Assembly (NCBI GenBank): GCA_903884375.1
Contig: CAISER010000025.1
Location: forward strand, 1,637 to 65,636
Direction: 5' to 3'
Origin: Candidatus Collierbacteria bacterium
GTDB taxonomy: Bacteria; Patescibacteriota; Microgenomatia; UBA1400; MFAQ01
DNA: 64,000 nucleotides
Under the pieces are notes generated by a model. That model saw only the letters and a list, made by a program, of their open reading frames with translations. It made no database searches and was not told where the DNA came from. Shown in pieces: positions 10,188 through 19,464 of the stretch (position 1 is the stretch's first letter; each line of letters begins with the position of its first letter). Made by a program: the position numbers and the translations under genes.

Positions 10188-10691
10188 TCAGGTTCGTAGT
10201 GCAATTAAGGCAATGTTGTAAACAAAATTGATGGGTGTTCGTTCTAGAATAATACCAGCACTTGCACAAGTGGCAAAAAGATTTACCCCTAAAGCTTCTG
10301 GATTAAAAATGACGTCACCTTGAATATCGGGCCTACCTGGAAGTTCGTTTTCAAGAAAATGTCTAAGTTCACTGCGGAGATGGTTTTGCCAGTGACGGGG
10401 ATTTCTTAGGGCTCTATCCGTCCAGTCGGGATGTTTTTCTCTTTTTTGGGCCAAGTATTCGGCAAAATTAAAACGGATTGCAGCAATATGTGCTTCTTTT
10501 TGATAAATGTCGGGAAAGTATGGAACATGGGGAGGACAACCAGTTTTGTAATTCCAGTTTGGACAGCCTTGGGGATGATTGTAGTAAGCATCACGGCAAT
10601 GGGCTTTGATTCGAGGATCACAAACAACTTCAACCGGACCAATAAATAATTTTTCTCTTTCGATAAATTTAATTTCTTTTTCAACAGACAT
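10188..10691 (-). CDS. hypothetical Cys-motif protein inserted between rplO and secY (C-x7-C ... C-x8-C, HPQGCPNW)
   Basis: 167-aa ORF with ATG start filling a 550-nt gap in the otherwise tightly packed spc operon; no Shine-Dalgarno; no family recognised. Confidence 0.45.
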   Translation of the reverse strand: MSVEKEIKFIEREKLFIGPVEVVCDPRIKAHCRDAYYNHPQGCPNWNYKTGCPPHVPYFPDIYQKEAHIAAIRFNFAEYLAQKREKHPDWTDRALRNPRHWQNHLRSELRHFLENELPGRPDIQGDVIFNPEALGVNLFATCASAGIILERTPINFVYNIALIALRT

Positions 10692-10711
10692 CGTGGTGAA
10701 ATTTTACACCA

Positions 10712-10740
10712 TAAAAAAGACCCCTTGAGGGGCCTTTTTT
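10712..10740. terminator. intrinsic terminator-like hairpin (CCCC-TTGA-GGGG flanked by A6/T6) between rplO and the inserted ORF; possible attenuator inside the ribosomal operon
   Basis: aaaaaagaccccttgaggggcctttttt read directly. Confidence 0.5.
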
Positions 10741-10754
10741 GTTTTTAATTCTAG

Positions 10755-11204
10755 TTACTTAGAAAAGGTGTATTTTCCACCAGCTTTTTCGATGGCTTTG
10801 ATAGCTCCGGCCGTGGCTAGAACATTGACTTCAAGAGCTTTTTCGAGCTTACCTGTGGCAATGATCTTGAAGCCACGTTTGGCTTCTTTGTCACTTACTT
10901 TGAAAGTTTTGACGAGGAGTGCAGCGTCAATGACGTCTTTGTCGTTGAAATATTTGGAGAGGATATCAAAGTTAACAGTGATTGGCTGAAGGTTAATGAC
11001 TTGGAATCTGTGTTTACCTTTAATGAAAGGGGTACGACGGACGATTGGAAGCTGTCCACCTTCAAACCAAAGGGGCATAACACCACGGGTCTTTTGGCCC
11101 TTTTGGCCACGACCAACGGTGTGACCGCCAACTCCTGAACCATAACCTCGACCAAGGCGTTTTTTACCGGTTTTGACTGATTTGGGTAGATTAGATAAGT
11201 TCAT
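10755..11204 (-). CDS. rplO: 50S ribosomal protein L15
   Basis: GRGYGSGVGGHTVGRGQKGQK L15 glycine-rich N-terminus. Confidence 0.93.
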   Translation of the reverse strand: MNLSNLPKSVKTGKKRLGRGYGSGVGGHTVGRGQKGQKTRGVMPLWFEGGQLPIVRRTPFIKGKHRFQVINLQPITVNFDILSKYFNDKDVIDAALLVKTFKVSDKEAKRGFKIIATGKLEKALEVNVLATAGAIKAIEKAGGKYTFSK

Positions 11205-11209
11205 AGGAT

Positions 11210-11743
11210 TTAGGCTTTGGTTTTAAGTTCTTTTAAGAGTTTGTATTTCTTGGCAAGTGACTCAACCTGTTTTAAAGCTTTGAAGGTGGCTCTAGCGTTG
11301 GTAGTCTTGTTGTTTGATCCAAGGGCTTTACAGACAATATCAGTGACTCCTGCGGCCTCAACAACGGCACGGATTGAAGAACCGGCGATGATGCCTGTAC
11401 CTTTAGGAGCTGGACGGAAGAGAACTTTACTGGCACCAAATTTAGAAATGGTCTCGTAAGGGATGGTACCGTTGACCAATGGAACTTGAACCAGATCACG
11501 ATTTCCAAGACGAATGGCTTTTTTTATTGCATCGGCAACGTTTGGGGCTTTGGCCAGACCAAGACCGACTTTACCTTTTTTGTCACCGGTAACGACTAAG
11601 GCAGAGAAAGAAACGTTGGAACCACCTTGAGTCTTTTTACTAACACGGCGAATTTGAAGGACTTGCTCGAAACCATCAGACTGAGGACGTTCTCCTCGGC
11701 CACCACGGTTACTGTTGTTGTTTGAGTTGTTTGAAGGATTCAT
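11210..11743 (-). CDS. rpsE: 30S ribosomal protein S5 (Asn-rich N-terminal extension); directly followed by L15 with no L30 gene
   Basis: S5 dsRBD-like and C-terminal domains; operon position. Confidence 0.93.
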   Translation of the reverse strand: MNPSNNSNNNSNRGGRGERPQSDGFEQVLQIRRVSKKTQGGSNVSFSALVVTGDKKGKVGLGLAKAPNVADAIKKAIRLGNRDLVQVPLVNGTIPYETISKFGASKVLFRPAPKGTGIIAGSSIRAVVEAAGVTDIVCKALGSNNKTTNARATFKALKQVESLAKKYKLLKELKTKA

Positions 11744-11748
11744 AAAAT

Positions 11749-12096
11749 TTAAAATTTGATTCCTGATTCGCGAACGGATTCGGCTAAGATTTTAACTCGG
11801 CCATGGAAACGATAAGAACCGCGATCAAAAATGACGTTTTCGATTTTAGCTTCTTTGGCGGCTTTTCCTAATAAAGTTCCAATTTCTTTGGCTTGTTCCA
11901 TTTTGTTACCCTTAAAATTTTTAAGAGTTTGGGAAGTTGCTGCAGCTAAGACATGTCCGTCTTTTCTAATAATTTGGGCGCCGATGTGCTGGTTTGAACG
12001 GAGCACGGTCAAGCGAGGTAAATTGGTTCCGGCTAAAAGCTTGGCACGAACACGATGCTGTCTTTTGGCCTTAGAGGTTAAGGTGTTTTGAATCAT
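11749..12096 (-). CDS. rplR: 50S ribosomal protein L18
   Basis: position L6-L18-S5 and conserved L18 core. Confidence 0.92.
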   Translation of the reverse strand: MIQNTLTSKAKRQHRVRAKLLAGTNLPRLTVLRSNQHIGAQIIRKDGHVLAAATSQTLKNFKGNKMEQAKEIGTLLGKAAKEAKIENVIFDRGSYRFHGRVKILAESVRESGIKF

Positions 12097-12113
12097 TTTT
12101 GTTAATAAATTAA

Positions 12114-12665
12114 TTAAGCGGCAGTAGTTTTTGTGGCTGTCTTACCTTGTTTTTTGATAACAACTTCATCAGCGTAGCGAATACCTTTACCTTTATATGG
12201 TTCAGGTTTTTTGAGCTCACGGATATTGGCGGCAACTTGACCGACAAGTTGTTTGTCGATACCCGAGATGTGAATTTTGTCTTGACCTTCAACTATCATA
12301 TTGACGCCTTCAACTTTTTTGAAAATGACGGGGTGACTGAAACCTAAAGATAGAGAAAGACCTTCAGCTGTAGCGGCTACACGATAACCTGTGCCTAAGA
12401 GCTGAAGATGTTTTTCGTATCCTTCGGTAACTCCAGTAACGCAGTTTTGGGCTAAACGACGAGCGAGGCCATGAAGGGCTCTAACTGATGGAATATCGTT
12501 TTCGCGAGTAAAGTTTATAACATTGTCTTTTTGTTCGACTTTAATTCCCTTGGGAACAACGGATTCAAGAGTACCTTTTGGTCCAGTGAATTTAAGCGAA
12601 GTATCAAGCATTTCTACTTTAACAGTTTCGGGGAGATATAGAGGTTTTCTTCCTATGCGGCTCAT
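12114..12665 (-). CDS. rplF: 50S ribosomal protein L6
   Basis: MSRIGRKPL start (internal ATG of the longer ORF, 4 nt after rpsH stop). Confidence 0.92.
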   Translation of the reverse strand: MSRIGRKPLYLPETVKVEMLDTSLKFTGPKGTLESVVPKGIKVEQKDNVINFTRENDIPSVRALHGLARRLAQNCVTGVTEGYEKHLQLLGTGYRVAATAEGLSLSLGFSHPVIFKKVEGVNMIVEGQDKIHISGIDKQLVGQVAANIRELKKPEPYKGKGIRYADEVVIKKQGKTATKTTAA

Positions 12666-12669
12666 ATTT

Positions 12670-13059
12670 TTACCAAATTTGACAAATAACTTCACCACCG
12701 AGATGTTTTTCTCGAGCGGTTTTTCCGGTCATGAGACCTTGTGATGTAGAAACAATGGTGGTACCAGCACCGGATAAGGCTTGAGGAATTTTGTCGAAGC
12801 CGGAATAGATTCTTACACTGCCTTTACTAATACGTTTAATACCAGTAACGGCAGGAAGATCTTTTTCGAAATAACGAAGGTCAAGAATAATTTTTTTTGA
12901 TGGTTTGGTGTTTTCTACAGAGTAATCAGTAATGTAACCGTCGGCCTTAAGAAGTTTTGCGATTCCTTCACAAACTATAGTGTGTTTGGCTATGACGGTA
13001 TCTTTTTTTGCGAGATAGCCGTTTCTTATAATGGTGATGAAGTCAGCAATTGTATCCAT
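12670..13059 (-). CDS. rpsH: 30S ribosomal protein S8
   Basis: MDTIADFITIIRNG S8 N-terminus; start trimmed to abut rpsN. Confidence 0.92.
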   Translation of the reverse strand: MDTIADFITIIRNGYLAKKDTVIAKHTIVCEGIAKLLKADGYITDYSVENTKPSKKIILDLRYFEKDLPAVTGIKRISKGSVRIYSGFDKIPQALSGAGTTIVSTSQGLMTGKTAREKHLGGEVICQIW

Positions 13060-13060
13060 A

Positions 13061-13246
13061 TTATTTTGACATTTTGTAGACGCCCGGAAGTTCACCTTTG
13101 TGGGCTAATTCTCTAAAGCACAAGCGACATAATCCGAAGATTCGAATGACACCTCGAGGTCTGCCACATAATTGACAACGACGACGATCTCTAGTCGAGT
13201 GACCAACTAATCTTTTTGATTTTTCGATTTTACTTGTTTTAGCCAT
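13061..13246 (-). CDS. rpsN: 30S ribosomal protein S14, zinc-binding Z-type (61 aa)
   Basis: CQLCGRPRG...CRLCFRE zinc ribbon, length 61 aa. Confidence 0.93.
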   Translation of the reverse strand: MAKTSKIEKSKRLVGHSTRDRRRCQLCGRPRGVIRIFGLCRLCFRELAHKGELPGVYKMSK

Positions 13247-13254
13247 GGTTTAAC

Positions 13255-13806
13255 TTAGTTTGCGTCTTTGGTAAAAGGCATACCGAGAGCAGTAAGAAGC
13301 ATCAGGGAAGTTTTTGCGTCTTTGGCACTTGTTGAAATAGTAATTTCCAAGCCTTGAATCCTGCCTATTTTATCATATTCGACCTCGGGAAACACAATTT
13401 GTTCGGAAAGCCCGAGAGTGTAGTTGCCATTTTGATCAACGGTTTTTTGAGAAACACCTTGGAAGTCTTTAATACGAGGCAGAACAATGGAAGTGAGTTT
13501 TTGGAAAAAGTCATACATACGATTACCTCTAAGAGTAACTTTGATTCCAACAACTTCTCCTTCACGAAGATTAAAGGCAGCGATACTGTGTTTGGCTTTA
13601 GTTTCAACAGGTGCTTGGCCGGTGATTTGGGTGATCCATGCCTTGGTTTTGGCGAGAAGCTCTTTGTCTGTTTTGAAGTCTCTGGATGAAGTATTTAATG
13701 TAATTTTCACCAATTTTGGGGTAGCTTCAATCGAAGAAAGTCCTAGCTCTTTTTGTAAAGCCGGTCTGATTGTTTTTTGATAGTTTTCTTTTAGTGTTTG
13801 AGTCAT
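13255..13806 (-). CDS. rplE: 50S ribosomal protein L5
   Basis: position L24-L5-S14 and conserved core. Confidence 0.93.
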   Translation of the reverse strand: MTQTLKENYQKTIRPALQKELGLSSIEATPKLVKITLNTSSRDFKTDKELLAKTKAWITQITGQAPVETKAKHSIAAFNLREGEVVGIKVTLRGNRMYDFFQKLTSIVLPRIKDFQGVSQKTVDQNGNYTLGLSEQIVFPEVEYDKIGRIQGLEITISTSAKDAKTSLMLLTALGMPFTKDAN

Positions 13807-14129
13807 TTTTTCTTGGTTTCGCTGGTGATAACTTGACGACAGAGGTGACAGACGCGAACCTTAGGAGTCTGTGAGGCATCAAAACCTATCCTGGTAGCCT
13901 TACCGCAGCTCGGGCAGACAAGTGCGACCGAAGCGGTGGAAATGGCACGAGGAAGAGTAACTATCGAACCGGCTTCGTTGCCTTTGGGTTTGAGATGTTT
14001 TTTATAGACATTTAAACCTTCGACTAAAACTTTTTGATCTCCTGGAAGAACTTTAATGATTTTTCCAGTACGACCTTTATCTTTACCGGCGGTTATTTTT
14101 ATGGTATCTCCAATTTTAAATTTAAACAT
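13803..14129 (-). CDS. rplX: 50S ribosomal protein L24 with C-terminal CxxC...CxxC zinc-ribbon extension
   Basis: KOW motif FKFKIGDTIKITAGKDKGRTGKI; C-terminus CPSCGK...CHLCRQ. Confidence 0.92.
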   Translation of the reverse strand: MFKFKIGDTIKITAGKDKGRTGKIIKVLPGDQKVLVEGLNVYKKHLKPKGNEAGSIVTLPRAISTASVALVCPSCGKATRIGFDASQTPKVRVCHLCRQVITSETKKK

Positions 14130-14135
14130 ATTCTT

Positions 14136-14510
14136 TTAAACAACTTCGGGTGCTAAAGAGGCAATTTTGGCAAATCCAGCATCTTTGACTTCACGGGCGA
14201 TGGGTCCAAAAATACGGGTGCCGAGAGGTTGTTTGCCAGCAATTGAGTCAATAATAACAACAGCGTTGTCATCAAAACGAACATAAGTACCGTCGGGACG
14301 ACGAGTTTCTTTGCGACATCTCACGATGACGGCTTTAACGACTTGTTTGTCCTTGACTGTACCGTTTGTGTCTGAACCTTCAACGGCGGCGGTGACGATA
14401 TCACCCACAAAACCGAATCGTCTGCGAGAACCACCATGAACCAGAATAACTTTAACTAGTTTGGCACCAGAGTTGTCGGCAACATTGAGGACTGATCTTA
14501 GTTGAATCAT
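14136..14510 (-). CDS. rplN: 50S ribosomal protein L14
   Basis: [18 protein letters not shown]14 N-terminus. Confidence 0.95.
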   Translation of the reverse strand: MIQLRSVLNVADNSGAKLVKVILVHGGSRRRFGFVGDIVTAAVEGSDTNGTVKDKQVVKAVIVRCRKETRRPDGTYVRFDDNAVVIIDSIAGKQPLGTRIFGPIAREVKDAGFAKIASLAPEVV

Positions 14511-14734
14511 AATACTTTAGTTATTTGCCAATGTTTATTTTTACTTATGGGTCTCGTATCTTTGAGTTGAACTTTGTCGCCTTCTTTTGCACCAATTTCG
14601 TTGTGAGCAGAATATGATTTATTTACCTTGATACGTTTGAGGTATTTCGGGTGAACTTGAAAATGAACCACGTCAACCACAGCAGTTTTCATCATCTTAG
14701 CGCTTTTGACAGTTCCAATTAGTTGTTTTTTCAT
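14507..14734 (-). CDS. rpsQ: 30S ribosomal protein S17
   Basis: OB-fold S17, position L29-S17-L14. Confidence 0.92.
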   Translation of the reverse strand: MKKQLIGTVKSAKMMKTAVVDVVHFQVHPKYLKRIKVNKSYSAHNEIGAKEGDKVQLKDTRPISKNKHWQITKVL

Positions 14735-14735
14735 A

Positions 14736-14933
14736 TTATTTATTATTTGATTTTCCTCCAGAGGCGGATCCGACTTTGGCGGATGATAGCAATTGAGCGA
14801 TTTGAACTTTGGTTTTTTTGTGAGCGTTGGTATTTTTTTCTTGATTAGCTTTAATCTTTAGTTTGATATCAGCCAATTTAATTTTTAACTCGTCAAGGGT
14901 TTCGATGGTGTTCTCCGTCTTTGTTTTAGGCAT
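14736..14933 (-). CDS. rpmC: 50S ribosomal protein L29
   Basis: 65 aa helical protein in canonical position. Confidence 0.88.
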   Translation of the reverse strand: MPKTKTENTIETLDELKIKLADIKLKIKANQEKNTNAHKKTKVQIAQLLSSAKVGSASGGKSNNK

Positions 14934-15339
14934 TTTCTTTTTCTATAAATTTTGTTTTAACGGACAATTTGTGACCTGCAAGTCGAATCGCTTCTGCAGC
15001 AATTTCTCGACTGACACCGGAGATTTCCATAAGAATTTGACCAGGTTTAACGACGGCAACATAAGCTGAAACATCGGATTTTCCTGAACCCATACGCGCC
15101 CCGGGTGTTTTCCAACCGATTGGCTTGTGAGGAAAAACTCTTAAAAAGAATTTACCCATACGTTTGGTGTGGTGAGTAATAGTACGACGTGCTGACTCGA
15201 TTTCAGCGGCGGTAACCCAACCACAAACTTCGGATTTGATTCCATATTCACCATAGGCTAAGAAGTTGCTTCTGGTAGCAACACCACCCATAGAACCTCG
15301 GAACTCTTTTCTGTATTTGCGTCTTGATGGTTGTAGCAT
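14926..15339 (-). CDS. rplP: 50S ribosomal protein L16
   Basis: MLQPSRRKYRK L16 N-terminus. Confidence 0.94.
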   Translation of the reverse strand: MLQPSRRKYRKEFRGSMGGVATRSNFLAYGEYGIKSEVCGWVTAAEIESARRTITHHTKRMGKFFLRVFPHKPIGWKTPGARMGSGKSDVSAYVAVVKPGQILMEISGVSREIAAEAIRLAGHKLSVKTKFIEKENA

Positions 15340-15354
15340 AGTCTTTAAATTAAA

Positions 15355-16008
15355 TTAGATGATGATATCTCCGGTATAGATCCAAACTTTGATGCCCACA
15401 TAACCGGAACGAGTGAGGGCGGGTTTTTCGACATAATCGATATTGGCACGAAGAGTTTGTGTAGGGATACGGCCCTGTTTAAATTTTTCGGTACGGGCGA
15501 TTTCAGCTCCATCGATACGACCGGCGAAGACGATTTTGACACCCTTGGCTCCAGCAGCCATAACTTTTTCGATGGCTTGGTTAGCGGCTCTGCGGAAAGG
15601 ATAACGGTGTTCCAGCTGATTCGCTAAACGGTCGACAATAATCCCCGCGGAGAGTTCTGGATTTTTAATTTCCATCGGATGGAGATTAATTTTGATAGCG
15701 TTTTTAGCCTTCAAATCAATCTTTAATAGTTTTTCAACATCTTTTTTGAGCTGTTCTAAAGAAGAACCGCCGCGTCCAATGACGACACCAGGTCGTGAAA
15801 CATACATAAAAATATCAACAGTGTTGATACTTCGTTTGATTTCAATATTGGTAATACCAGCTAGTTTCAATTTTTCCTCAAGAAAACGTCTGATTTTATT
15901 GTCTTCAAGAACAAACTTGGCGTAATTTCGAAAATTGCTGTACCAAACAGATCTCGTAGGGAACGTGTAGCCGGTTCTAAAAATGGTAGGATTGACTTTT
16001 TTACCCAT
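15355..16008 (-). CDS. rpsC: 30S ribosomal protein S3
   Basis: MGKKVNPTIFR start (trimmed to abut rplV), KH domain. Confidence 0.93.
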   Translation of the reverse strand: MGKKVNPTIFRTGYTFPTRSVWYSNFRNYAKFVLEDNKIRRFLEEKLKLAGITNIEIKRSINTVDIFMYVSRPGVVIGRGGSSLEQLKKDVEKLLKIDLKAKNAIKINLHPMEIKNPELSAGIIVDRLANQLEHRYPFRRAANQAIEKVMAAGAKGVKIVFAGRIDGAEIARTEKFKQGRIPTQTLRANIDYVEKPALTRSGYVGIKVWIYTGDIII

Positions 16009-16009
16009 G

Positions 16010-16426
16010 TTATTTAGTTTTTTTAGTGGTTGCTGCTTTGGCCTCAACTTTTGGAGTTACTACTTTTGGAGAAGCAACTCTTAATTTTAAGGTTAGATGA
16101 GAAGAAATTCTTTCATATGGTTTGGTACGGCCACGACCGCCAATATGGGCTCGTTTGACGGTACGACCCTTAGTGGCGAAAGCGGAGTCGATAATGAGAG
16201 TGTCCGGTGAGAGTTGTTTTTGAGAAACGGCGTTACCAATGGCTTGTTTTATAAGCTTGGCAATGGGATCTGAAGCTCTTTTTTGGATAACCGAAAGTTG
16301 TTTAATAGCTAATAGTGCGGGTCGACCAACCAAAGCCTTAAGGATAAGGTTTGTTTTGCGGGGAGAGGAGAGTACATGACTCTCACGAGCAACGATTAGA
16401 TTGGTGTTTTCTTTATTAGTAGCCAT
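16010..16426 (-). CDS. rplV: 50S ribosomal protein L22
   Basis: canonical position S19-L22-S3. Confidence 0.9.
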   Translation of the reverse strand: MATNKENTNLIVARESHVLSSPRKTNLILKALVGRPALLAIKQLSVIQKRASDPIAKLIKQAIGNAVSQKQLSPDTLIIDSAFATKGRTVKRAHIGGRGRTKPYERISSHLTLKLRVASPKVVTPKVEAKAATTKKTK

Positions 16427-16431
16427 ATTTT

Positions 16432-16716
16432 TTATGTTTTGGTTAAGAGTCTCTTAACAATTCGTCCATGTCCTCTAAAGTTTCTTGTGGCCGAAAATTC
16501 ACCCAAGCGATGGCCAACCATATCTTCGGTAATAAAAACGTCTTTAAAAACTTTGCCATTATGGACTAAAAAGGTGTAACCAACAAATTCCGGAGGAATC
16601 TGTGAAGATCTTGCCCAGGTTTTAATAGGTTCTTTTTTACCCGAGTTTTTCATACGCTCAACTTTAGCGATAAGCTTCTCGGCTACATATGGTCCTTTGA
16701 TCGAACTTCTGGACAT
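16432..16716 (-). CDS. rpsS: 30S ribosomal protein S19
   Basis: [11 protein letters not shown] and [11 protein letters not shown] motifs. Confidence 0.95.
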   Translation of the reverse strand: MSRSSIKGPYVAEKLIAKVERMKNSGKKEPIKTWARSSQIPPEFVGYTFLVHNGKVFKDVFITEDMVGHRLGEFSATRNFRGHGRIVKRLLTKT

Positions 16717-16718
16717 AA

Positions 16719-17477
16719 TTAATGGTTATAACGATGTTTAATAATTGATTTATTGCTATATTTCTTTTTGTTTCTGGTTCTTTTACCCATGGTTCTTTTA
16801 CCCCAAGGAGATTTTGGAGATTTCATACCGACACCGGAACGACCTTCACCACCACCGTGGGGGTGAGATCTTGGATCTTGAGCAACACCACGAACTGTGG
16901 GACGGATACCCATATGGCGTTTGCGTCCGGCTTTTCCAAGGATTTCTTCTTTGTGATGTTCGTTTGTTAAACTTCCAATTGTGGCCTTACAAGCACCTTT
17001 GAAAATGCGAATTTCACCTGATGGTAATTTAACCGAAACCAATTCTCCTTCTTTGGACTGAACTGTGGCTGAGTTACCGGCGCTTCTGACCATTTGGGCA
17101 CCTTTTCCGGGGGTGATTTCCAGATTATGAATCTGAATACCAATTGGAATGTTTTTTAATGGCAGACAATTGCCAATTTTGATTTCGGCAGTTTCGGAAG
17201 AAATAATGATATCTCCGACTTTGAGACCTTGAGGGGCCAGAATATAGTCTTTGACACCATTTCCATAGACTAAAAGTGCAATATCGGCTGTACGATTTGG
17301 ATCGTACTCGATAGAAGCCACCTTAGCGGACAACGCCAAACTACGCTTCCAGTCGATATGACGAAGAAAGCGTTTTTCGCGGCCACCTTGATGACGAACT
17401 GTTATTTTACCAGAAAAATTTCGGCCTGACGATTTTGGATTAATTGATTTAAGTTTTTTAGATGAATTTGTCTTCAT
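16719..17477 (-). CDS. rplB: 50S ribosomal protein L2
   Basis: conserved L2 C-terminal region [17 protein letters not shown]. Confidence 0.95.
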   Translation of the reverse strand: MKTNSSKKLKSINPKSSGRNFSGKITVRHQGGREKRFLRHIDWKRSLALSAKVASIEYDPNRTADIALLVYGNGVKDYILAPQGLKVGDIIISSETAEIKIGNCLPLKNIPIGIQIHNLEITPGKGAQMVRSAGNSATVQSKEGELVSVKLPSGEIRIFKGACKATIGSLTNEHHKEEILGKAGRKRHMGIRPTVRGVAQDPRSHPHGGGEGRSGVGMKSPKSPWGKRTMGKRTRNKKKYSNKSIIKHRYNH

Positions 17478-17482
17478 AGGCT

Positions 17483-17791
17483 TTAAGACTTAAGTGCGGA
17501 AAAGAGATCAATTTTTTGACCTGCTTTTATTTTAACGATAGCTTTTTTGTCGGTTGGTCTGGTAATATGTCGACCAGTTTTTCTTGATTTTTCACTTCTG
17601 GCGTTGTGTTTTACTGTGTTGATACTTAATACATTTACTTTGAATAGATCTTCAACAGCTTTTTTTATCTGATATTTACTGGAAGCTGGATCAACTTTAA
17701 AAACGTATTTATCAAGCGCTGAAAGAACATAACTTTTTTCGGTGACAACAGGGCTAATAATAGTGTTTTGGTGAATAAGTGGTGTAGACAT
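17483..17791 (-). CDS. rplW: 50S ribosomal protein L23
   Basis: position L4-L23-L2. Confidence 0.9.
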   Translation of the reverse strand: MSTPLIHQNTIISPVVTEKSYVLSALDKYVFKVDPASSKYQIKKAVEDLFKVNVLSINTVKHNARSEKSRKTGRHITRPTDKKAIVKIKAGQKIDLFSALKS

Positions 17792-17793
17792 AT

Positions 17794-18411
17794 TTATTTA
17801 GATTTGGCGGATAAAACGGTTTTAAGTCTTTCTGTTAAGTGGATATAGGCACTGGGGGTTATGACAAGTTTGGGGCTTTGAACCACCTTGTAGACGTTTA
17901 AACGATTGGCTGAAAGTAATACAACATTTTTAAGATTACCAATAGCTTGGAGGGTTTTTGTTTCTTCATGGAAATGAACAAGACCAAGATTTTCGGAACC
18001 AAGAGCTTTAAGTGCAGATTTGGTGGAGTGGTCTTTGATACTATCAATGTCGAGCAATGAAAGACGGCCTTCTTTGTTGTAAAGGGACAAAGCGCCAAGA
18101 AGTGCCTTTATTTTCATTTTTTTATTGAGAGATTTTGGTGTAAGTTTTAAGCCACGAGGACCAAAAACGACTCCTCCTCCCACAAAGATTGGAGCAGACT
18201 TGGCTCCATGACGAGCATTTCCAGTACCTTTTTGTTTGTAAACTTTCTTTTTGGTATAGTCTATTTCACCACGAGTTTTGACTTTGGATACTCCAACGTG
18301 AGAGTTTTCTTGATAAACATAAATTGCTTGAGCAAGAAGAGAAGGAGTTACCTCGATATTAAATATCGAAAGATCGGGCATAGTTTTGGTTTGAACTTTT
18401 TTTGTAGCCAT
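17794..18411 (-). CDS. rplD: 50S ribosomal protein L4
   Basis: position L3-L4-L23; conserved core. Confidence 0.92.
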   Translation of the reverse strand: MATKKVQTKTMPDLSIFNIEVTPSLLAQAIYVYQENSHVGVSKVKTRGEIDYTKKKVYKQKGTGNARHGAKSAPIFVGGGVVFGPRGLKLTPKSLNKKMKIKALLGALSLYNKEGRLSLLDIDSIKDHSTKSALKALGSENLGLVHFHEETKTLQAIGNLKNVVLLSANRLNVYKVVQSPKLVITPSAYIHLTERLKTVLSAKSK

Positions 18412-18414
18412 AGT

Positions 18415-19017
18415 TTATAGAATAGTGATCTTGGTAACTGCTCCACGGCCACCAGGAATAGCTCCGGTTATTTGAAGTATGCCTGACTCGTTATCAAAAG
18501 AGTGAATTCTTAAGTTTTCGATAGTAACGTTGACATCGCCCATATGACCAGCCATATGTTTGCCTTTGACAACTCTTCCGGGGGTTGTTCCACGGGCGAT
18601 AGATCCAGGAGCGCGACCTCTATCAGATTGGCCATGAGTGCGTGGACCACCAGCAAAACCCCAACGTTTCATAACACCAGAGGTACCCTTGCCTTTTGAA
18701 GTTGCAGTAACATTAATTAATGTTCCCGGAACTAATATTTCGGCAAGATTATAATTTTCCGATTCCTGAAGAGAAATTTCTCTGATTATTTTTGGAGTAA
18801 TTCCAATACCGGTTTTTTTGAGATAACCAGCAAGAGGTTTGTTGGCTTTTTTTCGATTACCGATGCCAATTATTTGTGCCTCATAACCATCTTTTTCAAT
18901 AGTTTTTTGAGAAATAACCACGTGAGGATCTACCGAGAGAACGGTCAAGGGGATCCGCTTACCTTCTACGAAGGTTTGAGACATAGCTCTTTTGATTGCG
19001 TATACTTGTTTTGTCAT
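18415..19017 (-). CDS. rplC: 50S ribosomal protein L3
   Basis: AIKRAMSQTF matches L3 N-terminal GKKVGMTQIF pattern. Confidence 0.93.
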   Translation of the reverse strand: MTKQVYAIKRAMSQTFVEGKRIPLTVLSVDPHVVISQKTIEKDGYEAQIIGIGNRKKANKPLAGYLKKTGIGITPKIIREISLQESENYNLAEILVPGTLINVTATSKGKGTSGVMKRWGFAGGPRTHGQSDRGRAPGSIARGTTPGRVVKGKHMAGHMGDVNVTIENLRIHSFDNESGILQITGAIPGGRGAVTKITIL

Positions 19018-19104
19018 TTTTATTAATAGATTACCCGACCCGATTATCGGGGAAACCGAAAACCGGAAAGGGAAGTTTTAGTTATTTAAAGATAGCGACA
19101 TTTG

Positions 19105-19422
19105 TTACATCTTGATTTCAATACCAACACCAGCTGGAAGATCAAGGTGCTGAAGAGAATCAATTGTCTTATTGGTTGGGTTCACAATATCAATAAGTCT
19201 CTTGTGAGTGAGGATGGCAAATTGTTCACGAGAGTCTTTGTCGGTGTGAGGAGAAGCGGTAACGACAACAACTTTCTTCTTGGTGGGCAATGGCACAGGA
19301 CCAACCACCTGAGCGCCAGAAACTAAGGCTGCTTGAATAATTTTTTTGGCAGCTTCATCGATAACACGATGATCAAATGATTTTAGTTTGACGCGAATAC
19401 GTGGTTGGTCTGTCATGTTCAA
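19105..19422 (-). CDS. rpsJ: 30S ribosomal protein S10
   Basis: [16 protein letters not shown]10 signature. Confidence 0.95.
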   Translation of the reverse strand: MNMTDQPRIRVKLKSFDHRVIDEAAKKIIQAALVSGAQVVGPVPLPTKKKVVVVTASPHTDKDSREQFAILTHKRLIDIVNPTNKTIDSLQHLDLPAGVGIEIKM

Positions 19423-19445
19423 GAAGAATAAATGTGCGATTTTGG

Positions 19446-19464
19446 GCCTAAATCGAATTTAGGC
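19446..19464 (-). terminator. 8-bp stem-loop (GCCTAAAT-CGA-ATTTAGGC) overlapping the tuf stop codon; possible partial terminator/attenuator between tuf and rpsJ
   Basis: perfect inverted repeat read directly; no strong U-tract on transcript so terminator function uncertain. Confidence 0.3.
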
